A stretch of 54,668 nt of DNA. Origin: a virus. Taxonomy: Duplodnaviria > Caudoviricetes. Under the pieces are notes generated by a model, which made no database searches, was not told the origin of the DNA, and saw only the letters and a list, made by a program, of their open reading frames with translations. Positions 47,399 through 54,668 of this stretch are shown one piece after another. Numbering within the stretch: position 1 is the first letter of the stretch; each line of letters opens with the position of its first letter. The translations under genes and the position numbers were made by a program. The stretch covers positions 1-54,668 of the IMG/VR virus record IMGVR_UViG_3300008450_000051; one strand, given 5' to 3'.

Positions 47399-48727
47399 AT
47401 GGCGGGTGTTTTAGGAAACATTAACAAAAGTTATGTTTCATCAATCAACTTCCTCGATCAGCGTGAGATCCTGAACAAAGTTCTGGACGTAACTAACGAG
47501 GAAATCTCTTTCTTGGATATCATGGAATTGACGAATCGTTCTACTCCGACTTCAGTTCCTGTTTACAATCACTTCGTAAACGAAGAGCTTTATGTTCTCG
47601 GTACTGTTAGTGCTGTAACTGGTTCTGGTGTAACTGGTACAACTTCTGCTCCTCCTTCTGTAACTGCTACAATCGACGCTACTGCTTTTGCTTATGTAAA
47701 CGTAGGTGAGTTGGTTATGTTCCCTGATGGGAAAGTAGGTTACATTACTGGTAAGGCTGCTACTACTAACATCGTTATCAAGTCTGTAGATGGTGCTACA
47801 TTGACTTTGGCTAGCGGTGACAAGATCTCTTTCTTCTCTAATGCTGCTGGTGAAGGTTCTCTTTCTCCTGATGCTAAGAAGTGGGGAGTAACTAAGTACG
47901 ACAACCAAGTGCAAATCTTCAAAGGAAAGTTCAGCATCACTGACATCCAGAAGGCTTCTAAGGTTGAAGTTGAGTTCCAAGGTAAACCTTTCTATATGTA
48001 CAAAGGTCAGCACGAGAGCTTAATGAAGTTCCGTGGTGATATCTCTACTGCTTTGATGTTCGGACGTAAGAGCTCTACTCTGTTCGCAGATTCTGCTCCT
48101 GCTCTAACTGATGCTGATGGTAAGCCTGTACAAACTACAGGTGGTATGGATCAGATCGTTACATCTCGTGGTATCAACCAATCTTTGTTGACTGCAGGTA
48201 CTGCAACTCTTGCTGACATTCAAGCTCTTACTCAGACTTTGAACAAAGCTCGTTGCCCTCAAGAGTACTTCTTGTTTGTAGGTACAACTATGAACATTGC
48301 TCTTGACAACTTGTTCAACAACTTAGGTAACAGTGCATTGCTTTCTCAAGGTGCTCGTTTCCAGATCGCTGGTAAAACTTTGGATCTTGGAATTGACACT
48401 GTTAAGATCTACGGACGTACTTACCACAAGAAGTATTTACCTCTGTTAGACCACCAGAACATCGTAAACTACACTGGTTCTCCAAACTTTAAGAACAGTG
48501 CTTACGGTGCTCCTGCTGGAAAGATTAAGACTAACGACGGTCAAATGTTGGATCGCTTTGGCGTTCGCTACATGGCTGGTGACGGAACTGACCTGAAGTA
48601 TCGTGAGATCCTTTTAGGTGGTTTGGCTCCTGTTCCAACTAACGAGCGTTCTGTATTGGAGATCCACTACGAGAGCGTACAAGGTCTGGAGATCCTCGGT
48701 GCAAACCAGTTCTTCAAGCTTTCCTAA
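47399..48727 (+). CDS. major capsid protein
   Basis: 442 aa, strongly biased codon usage, 'TTGGMDQ' motif, position after scaffold, followed by a hairpin. Confidence 0.8.
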   Translation: MAGVLGNINKSYVSSINFLDQREILNKVLDVTNEEISFLDIMELTNRSTPTSVPVYNHFVNEELYVLGTVSAVTGSGVTGTTSAPPSVTATIDATAFAYVNVGELVMFPDGKVGYITGKAATTNIVIKSVDGATLTLASGDKISFFSNAAGEGSLSPDAKKWGVTKYDNQVQIFKGKFSITDIQKASKVEVEFQGKPFYMYKGQHESLMKFRGDISTALMFGRKSSTLFADSAPALTDADGKPVQTTGGMDQIVTSRGINQSLLTAGTATLADIQALTQTLNKARCPQEYFLFVGTTMNIALDNLFNNLGNSALLSQGARFQIAGKTLDLGIDTVKIYGRTYHKKYLPLLDHQNIVNYTGSPNFKNSAYGAPAGKIKTNDGQMLDRFGVRYMAGDGTDLKYREILLGGLAPVPTNERSVLEIHYESVQGLEILGANQFFKLS

Positions 48728-48758
48728 GCTGATTATCAATCAATTAGCTATAGCATAC

Positions 48759-48791
48759 GGTAAGGGGATAAAACCCCTTACCTTTGCTTTT
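48759..48791 (+). terminator. hairpin/terminator after capsid gene
   Basis: GGTAAGGGG-ATAAAA-CCCCTTACC followed by TTTGCTTTT. Confidence 0.65.
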
Positions 48792-48815
48792 TATCAATAA
48801 CCAAAAACACACCAG

Positions 48816-49646
48816 ATGAAAAAAACAGAAATGTACAATCAGCTATCTGATAAGCTGATTAAATCAACCATGTTGAAGCCCGGTCAATCTGTAACCTATC
48901 GGCTACACAACATTCAGAAAGATCCATTCGATCCAAACAGATTAGCTATCCCAGCTGTAAAGGGAGTCCCAGTTATCGATACAATTTATGATGAGGAGAA
49001 GGGTGAGTATGTAGATATTGCTGCTGTTCGTTCTGTCGATGGTCAGGGTAATCACATCTTCCACGAAATTAATTTTTACTCAAATATGGCTGGCCACATG
49101 ATATTGTCTGGTGGCCGTGCACTTGATCAGGAGATCCATAGTTACTTGGCGCTCTGTGATTATAATGCATCAAAACCTAATAGAGATACAACCAAAGAGG
49201 CTATCTTTGAACTTCTTGATGAGAATGCTTCTGCGGAAAAGGATAGTAGAACAAGAAACCAGCGCCGTGAGGCATTGAATGCTGCAGCTGATCTAAGCCA
49301 AGAAGAGGTTAAGAATCTTGCTGCTGCTTTAGGTAAGGATGACTCGAAGTCTGTAACAGTTCTTCGTAATGAATTAGAGGAGCTTGCCGATAATGATCCC
49401 AAGGCTTTCTTAGATCTAATCAGCAATAAGCAGGTTATTGTTACCGCCACTGTTAACCGTGCCATTAAAAAGGGCGTGATTATCTTTAACCAAGAGCAGT
49501 CACGATTCGAGTGGCCAAATGCTGAGGTTATCTTAGTGGTGGCTAGAACCGGTAGCGATGCTGTTGATGAGTTCGTAAGCTTCTGCACCAGCTCGGCTAA
49601 GGGCGAGAAGGTGTTTCAAACCATTCAGAGTAAGGCCAAAAAGTGA
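48816..49646 (+). CDS. conserved capsid-adjacent protein
   Basis: 276 aa directly after the capsid gene; function not recognised. Confidence 0.7.
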   Translation: MKKTEMYNQLSDKLIKSTMLKPGQSVTYRLHNIQKDPFDPNRLAIPAVKGVPVIDTIYDEEKGEYVDIAAVRSVDGQGNHIFHEINFYSNMAGHMILSGGRALDQEIHSYLALCDYNASKPNRDTTKEAIFELLDENASAEKDSRTRNQRREALNAAADLSQEEVKNLAAALGKDDSKSVTVLRNELEELADNDPKAFLDLISNKQVIVTATVNRAIKKGVIIFNQEQSRFEWPNAEVILVVARTGSDAVDEFVSFCTSSAKGEKVFQTIQSKAKK

Positions 49647-49697
49647 TCCTTAGTTCACAACTGAGCTGAGGTTCATCTCGTGTTTGGTTGTTTGGTG

Positions 49698-49727
49698 AAA
49701 GCCTCCTGTTTCTACAGGGGGCTTTTT
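49698..49727 (+). terminator. intrinsic terminator
   Basis: AAAGCCTCCTGT-TTCT-ACAGGGGGC-TTTTT. Confidence 0.8.
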
Positions 49728-49775
49728 GTGTTGTTTTTGCATGATTAATAGCGATCTTTGGCTTAATTTTGTGGC

Positions 49776-50948
49776 ATGCCTGTAATCCCTAATATATCCT
49801 TCAATGTAAGGTTTGACCTTACTGGGGTGCCTACGCTCGTCTTAACGGATACTTCTACGATCCCAGTTGGCGGTGTTGGTATCTTTAATGTTACAACGCC
49901 TGACGGGTACACTAGGACTGGTAACTTTGCTACCCCCGATATTACGGCTTCTGGCCAATCATTCTCGCTGGCTCTTTTCTTGAGTTCAGCTGGTAGTATA
50001 CAGAATGGGCAGTACAATATTGAGTATAAGATTAAGACAACAGATAACGTCATAAGTACATTTACAAGAAACTGGCAGATGGCTTATGAGGTTCCTGTTA
50101 TTAACTTGCGTAACGACTTTGATGTATTTACGCCTAGACTAAGATACTACGATGATACTAACTATCAGGTATCTAACTTTAACAATGGAGCTGTAACTCG
50201 TACATGGGCATGGAGCAGTGTTCCTTCTGGGAACCAGAGTGGATCGGGGGCGTATATCCAACTGCAGTATAACAATGCTTACTACGATGCCTACTATACA
50301 ATTACACTTACAGCATCTACTCTATACACACATCAGGTCTACACATGGTTGACCGTGAACGAGACTGTTGCTAAAACAGTTAACACGTATGCAGCTACGC
50401 CTCCAACCCCACTCCAATTTGTTACATTAATTAGTGCTCTAAAAACAGAGCTTGATAGAAGAGTTGACGAGGTATTAGATCTTCAGAATACAAAGAATGA
50501 CTTTGAATATGCTGAGGGTTTATTCATGCATATCATAGACAAGCTTCGTGTACAAGATCTAGCTAGCGTATACCGTGATTTGAATGATCTGATTGCTGTA
50601 CTTCACAACTATCAGATACCAACATATGTACCAACAAACTTACCTATACAACCATATAACCTAAGCGCATACAATACTGTGGCTTGGGGTAGTATAACTG
50701 GTAATATACAAAACCAAACCGATCTATGGACTATTCTTCAGACGCTAACAATACAGACTAATTATGTACACGATCAGCAAGTAGCAAGTGCTGCTTGGGT
50801 TGTAGTACATAATATGGGGAAGAAGCCAAGTGTGAGTATAGTTGACACGGCGGATGATGAAGTAATCGGTAGTGTAACATATAATTCTAATAATCAATTA
50901 ACAATTTCATTCTCTTCTCCAACTAGCGGGAAGGCGTATCTAAACTAA
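49776..50948 (+). CDS. virion structural protein
   Basis: 390 aa T/Y/N-rich; 'WGSITGNIQNQTDL' and C-terminal 'HNMGKKPSVSIVD...GKAYLN' fibre-associated modules. Confidence 0.7.
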   Translation: MPVIPNISFNVRFDLTGVPTLVLTDTSTIPVGGVGIFNVTTPDGYTRTGNFATPDITASGQSFSLALFLSSAGSIQNGQYNIEYKIKTTDNVISTFTRNWQMAYEVPVINLRNDFDVFTPRLRYYDDTNYQVSNFNNGAVTRTWAWSSVPSGNQSGSGAYIQLQYNNAYYDAYYTITLTASTLYTHQVYTWLTVNETVAKTVNTYAATPPTPLQFVTLISALKTELDRRVDEVLDLQNTKNDFEYAEGLFMHIIDKLRVQDLASVYRDLNDLIAVLHNYQIPTYVPTNLPIQPYNLSAYNTVAWGSITGNIQNQTDLWTILQTLTIQTNYVHDQQVASAAWVVVHNMGKKPSVSIVDTADDEVIGSVTYNSNNQLTISFSSPTSGKAYLN

Positions 50949-50953
50949 TTACT

Positions 50954-52048
50954 ATGGCAAAAAAGATGCTGGTCAATCTTGACCTAACCAAAAACCAGAT
51001 ACTCAACGTAGCGTTGCAGAATCTTTCGGGCCCTCCCGGTTCACCTGTTGCTGGTCAGGTGTATTACAATACCTCAGATGGTAATGTATACTATTGGGAC
51101 GGCACAACTTGGAGAAGCGTATCAGGTGATATCACCGAGGTAATCGCTGGTTCTGGTCTTACTGGTGGCGGTTCTAGTGGAGCTGTTACATTAGACTTAA
51201 ACCCTGATAATACAACGATCGAGGTAAATGCCGATATCGTTCGTATTAAAGACTTAGGAGTAAGTACTGGTAAGCTTGCAGATGGTGCTGTAACTACAAT
51301 CAAGGTTACAGATTCTAACATCACATTCTCTAAGATCCAGAACATTGCTACGATGACCGTGATGGGTCGTGTGGCTGCTGGAACTGGTGTAGCTAGTGAG
51401 ATTACAATCTTGGATAGCAACACAATGACTGGAGCCTCTTCTTCTAACTTGGCTACTGCTGGTTCAATCAAGGCATATGTAGATAATACAGTTGCTGGAC
51501 TGGGTAACCTAGAAGGTGGTTTCGCTGCAGGTTCTGCTGTAAACTTCCCTACTGCTTCTGGTGGAACTAAGAAGGGTGACTACTGGTATGTGACTAGCGC
51601 TGGTACTGTACAGGGTGTTATTCTAAATATTGGAGATGTATTGATTGCTAACATCGATAATGCTTCTCCTACATCAAGCTCAGATTGGACTTTCTTAGAG
51701 TCTAACCGTGATCAGGCTACTGAATCTGTTCTTGGTGTTGTAAGACTTGCTACTCAAGCAGAAGCTAATACGGGTACAAACGATACCGCTGTAATCACTC
51801 CATTAAAACTAAAAACAGTTCTTGATAACCGTGTTGGTGGATATGCTGCTAACGTCGGTAACGGAGCTGCTACATCTTATGCTGTTACTCACTCACTAAA
51901 TACTGTTGACGTTATCGTGATGATTAAAGACAACACAACACTTGAAGAAGTGTTCGCTGATGTTGTTATCACAGATGTTAATACAGTAACCGTGAGTTTT
52001 GCTACTGCTCCTGCGAGCAATGCATACCGAGTAATAATTAAGAAGTAA
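50954..52048 (+). CDS. fibre/decoration structural protein
   Basis: 364 aa G/T/S/A-rich; 'GVVRLATQAE' fibre repeat. Confidence 0.7.
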   Translation: MAKKMLVNLDLTKNQILNVALQNLSGPPGSPVAGQVYYNTSDGNVYYWDGTTWRSVSGDITEVIAGSGLTGGGSSGAVTLDLNPDNTTIEVNADIVRIKDLGVSTGKLADGAVTTIKVTDSNITFSKIQNIATMTVMGRVAAGTGVASEITILDSNTMTGASSSNLATAGSIKAYVDNTVAGLGNLEGGFAAGSAVNFPTASGGTKKGDYWYVTSAGTVQGVILNIGDVLIANIDNASPTSSSDWTFLESNRDQATESVLGVVRLATQAEANTGTNDTAVITPLKLKTVLDNRVGGYAANVGNGAATSYAVTHSLNTVDVIVMIKDNTTLEEVFADVVITDVNTVTVSFATAPASNAYRVIIKK

Positions 52049-54668
52049 TGAGATTCTTACATAACATATTAGCTAAGGCTGGCCTTATCGTAGATGGCGT
52101 TACGCAGTTAAATACAATTGCAAACGCCACTATTGATACGGACAAGTTCTTAGTATCTGATGGTGGTGTTATTAAATATAGAACTGGGGCGCAACTTGGT
52201 TCTGATATAGGCGCAGCTAATCTAGCGGCATCTACTTTAAAGCATCAAGTAAAGCTTGGTGAAGCTATAAATAAGGGACAAGCCGTGTATGTGTCATCTG
52301 CCGATGGTACAAACATGATTGTCTCCAAGGCTTCAAATGCTTCAGAGCCTACATCATCTAAGACGTTAGGATTAATAGAAACTTCTGGTGTTTTAAATGA
52401 TCAGGTAAATGTTGTAACAGAAGGATTGCTTGCTGGCTTGGATACCTCAACCGCAGCTGCTGGAGATCCAGTTTGGCTAGGTACTGGTGGAAACTTAATA
52501 TTTGGTTTAGCTAATAAACCATACGCTCCAGCACACTTAGTGTTCATTGGTATTGTAACTAGAGTACAACAAAACAATGGCGAGATATTTGTAAAAGTGC
52601 AGAATGGGTTTGAATTAAAAGAGATCCATGATGTACAGATAACTACAACTCCATCTGATAATACAGTGCTTGCATATGAAAGTGCAACCAGTCTGTATAA
52701 GATGAAGTCTATCGCCACACTTCTTGGTTATACACCAGCTAATGCAGCTAGACAATTAACTATCAATGGAACAACCTATGACTTAACCGCAGACAGAACA
52801 TGGTCTGTAGGTACTGTTACAAGCATAGCTACAACTGGGCCTATCACTGGTGGTACCATTACTGGATCTGGAACAATAGGTATTACACAGGCCACTACTT
52901 CAAGTAATGGTTATCTTTCCAGTACAGATTGGAATACATTTAATAATAAGCAAAACGCTTTAACTCTTACAACTACTGGGAGCTCGGGGGCATCTACATT
53001 AGTCGGCGCTACATTAAATATACCTACTTATTCATTAAGTGGGTTAGGTGGTGTCCCGTCCAGTCGTCAATTAACAATTAATGGTACTGCATATGATTTA
53101 TCTGCTGATAGATCTTGGAGTGTAGGTACTGTTACATCTGTTGGGGTGTCTGTTCCAACTGGACTTTCTGTATCGAATACTCCAGTTACAGGATCGGGTA
53201 CTATTGCAATCAGCTTTACTGCTGGTTATTCAATACCAACAACAGCATCTCAGACAAACTGGGATACTGCTTATAATAATCGAATTACATCTCTGACTAC
53301 TACTGGTACTAGTGGTGCTGCTACTTTAACTAGTAACACGCTTAACATCCCACAGTATCAAGCTCAGGGTAGCTATATAACTTCACTTACGGGGGAAGCT
53401 ACTGCTTCTGGCCCCGGAGCCGCCAGCGTAACACTTACTAACTCTGCCGTAATAGGTAAAGTTCTTACAGGGTTAAACGTGACCGGTGGTAGTATATCTG
53501 CCACAGATTCTATTCTTACTGCGTTTGGTAAGCTTCAGAATCAGGTTAACGGTCTTGCTGGTGGTGTAACTTATCAAGGTACTTGGAACGCCTCTACTAA
53601 CTCTCCATCTCTAACAAGTTCAGTTGGAACTAAGGGGTATTACTATGTGGTATCTGTTGCTGGTTCTACAAACTTGAACGGGATCACAGATTGGAAACTT
53701 GGTGACTGGGCGATCTTTAATGGTACATCATGGGAAAAGGTAGATAACACAGATGCCGTTGTGTCCGTTAATGGGTTCACTGGTGCTGTAAGTTTAACTA
53801 CATCAAATATATCTGAAGGCACTAATCTTTACTATACTGATGCTCGTGCTCGTGCTGCTATCAGTTTAACTACAACGGGTTCATCTGGTGCAGCTACTTA
53901 TACAGGTGGGGTATTAAATATTCCTCAGTATAGTTTGTCCGGGCTCGGAGGAGTTCCTACATCTAGACAATTAACAATAAACGGAACAGCATACGACCTA
54001 TCTGCAGATAGAACATGGACAATTACAAACATATCGGGTAACTCTGCTACTACATCTCAGACAAACTTCTCAAGTTTAACAGTTAATAGTAACACTGTAT
54101 TACATGCTGGAAACTATAACAGCTATGCTCCTACATTAACTGGAACTGGTGCGAGTGGAACTTGGGGTATCAATATAACAGGATCTGCTACTACATGGAA
54201 TGGTCTTAATTTTAATGGTGTTTCTTCAAGATTTACAGGTGATTTAAATACTCTTGGTCTATCAGGCACATCTGGAATTTATAATATTGGTACTGGATAT
54301 ACTAATGGCCCATCTTCGGGTTTATACGGTACATTATTTGGAATATGGAATGCCGATATATCGGTTCAGTTTTGGGCCTCATATAATGGTAATTTTTACT
54401 GGAGAAAATCAGTTGGCAATACTTACACAGGCTCCACTTGGCTTACACTATTAGATAGCAGTAATTATAATTCATACAGCCCAACTCTAACTGGCGGAGG
54501 AGCAAGCGGTACTTGGGGAATAAGTATTACAGGTAACGCTGCTACTGCTACAAGTGCAACAAATTTATATGGTGCAGGTGGTTCATACATTCAAAGCACT
54601 TCTTCAGGAACTTCATATACTGCTAATTATCAAGTAAGAGAAAATTCTGGAGGTGGTAGTAATACGAA
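52048..54668 (+). CDS. long tail fibre protein (partial, runs off window; absent from ORF track)
   Basis: ATG at 52048 overlaps the previous stop; MRFLHNILAKAGLIVDG...; T/G/S-rich with in-frame internal repeats at 52750, 53065, 53965, 54121, 54472. Confidence 0.85.
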   Translation, partial: MRFLHNILAKAGLIVDGVTQLNTIANATIDTDKFLVSDGGVIKYRTGAQLGSDIGAANLAASTLKHQVKLGEAINKGQAVYVSSADGTNMIVSKASNASEPTSSKTLGLIETSGVLNDQVNVVTEGLLAGLDTSTAAAGDPVWLGTGGNLIFGLANKPYAPAHLVFIGIVTRVQQNNGEIFVKVQNGFELKEIHDVQITTTPSDNTVLAYESATSLYKMKSIATLLGYTPANAARQLTINGTTYDLTADRTWSVGTVTSIATTGPITGGTITGSGTIGITQATTSSNGYLSSTDWNTFNNKQNALTLTTTGSSGASTLVGATLNIPTYSLSGLGGVPSSRQLTINGTAYDLSADRSWSVGTVTSVGVSVPTGLSVSNTPVTGSGTIAISFTAGYSIPTTASQTNWDTAYNNRITSLTTTGTSGAATLTSNTLNIPQYQAQGSYITSLTGEATASGPGAASVTLTNSAVIGKVLTGLNVTGGSISATDSILTAFGKLQNQVNGLAGGVTYQGTWNASTNSPSLTSSVGTKGYYYVVSVAGSTNLNGITDWKLGDWAIFNGTSWEKVDNTDAVVSVNGFTGAVSLTTSNISEGTNLYYTDARARAAISLTTTGSSGAATYTGGVLNIPQYSLSGLGGVPTSRQLTINGTAYDLSADRTWTITNISGNSATTSQTNFSSLTVNSNTVLHAGNYNSYAPTLTGTGASGTWGINITGSATTWNGLNFNGVSSRFTGDLNTLGLSGTSGIYNIGTGYTNGPSSGLYGTLFGIWNADISVQFWASYNGNFYWRKSVGNTYTGSTWLTLLDSSNYNSYSPTLTGGGASGTWGISITGNAATATSATNLYGAGGSYIQSTSSGTSYTANYQVRENSGGGSNT

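Noticed and set aside
54254-54454. 66-aa + ORF
   Set aside because: Out-of-frame overlap within the tail-fibre CDS starting at 52048
52048-54668. Diversity-generating retroelement acting on the tail fibre
   Set aside because: No reverse transcriptase seen, and repeat differences are not adenine-specific
1-54668. Stop-codon reassignment as in some crAss-like phages
   Set aside because: Long genes are intact under the standard code, and no suppressor tRNA was noticed

Overview
The window looks like most of the genome of a temperate, podovirus-like tailed phage of a Bacteroidota host, opened inside the tail-fibre region. Host assignment rests on TTTG-N19-21-TAnnTTTG promoters and A/C-rich translation starts without Shine-Dalgarno sites. 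The + strand carries late genes at 37.2-54.7 kb (GroES-like protein, nucleases, glycosyltransferase, terminase, portal, scaffold, major capsid, tail fibre). These continue at 0-18.7 kb (holins, u-spanin, tail ring/nozzle proteins, ejection proteins including a 2667-aa polyvalent protein, M15 endolysin, transglycosylase-like protein). The - strand at 18.7-36.5 kb carries early/middle genes: dNMP kinase, resolvase, T7-type primase-helicase, YqaJ exonuclease plus Rad52-like annealase, tyrosine integrase and many small ORFs. No DNA or RNA polymerase is recognisable. The most striking non-coding signals are: (i) an early operon with a long structured leader ending in a canonical hammerhead ribozyme, whose small genes are separated by six covarying ~45-nt tRNA-like three-way-junction RNAs; (ii) a strand-polarised decamer AGYTCGGGGG scattered through the genome; (iii) a short RNA with loop-loop complementarity; and (iv) a control region with two DnaA boxes and three 17-bp operator-like palindromes. 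All calls come from reading motifs by eye, with no database searches.
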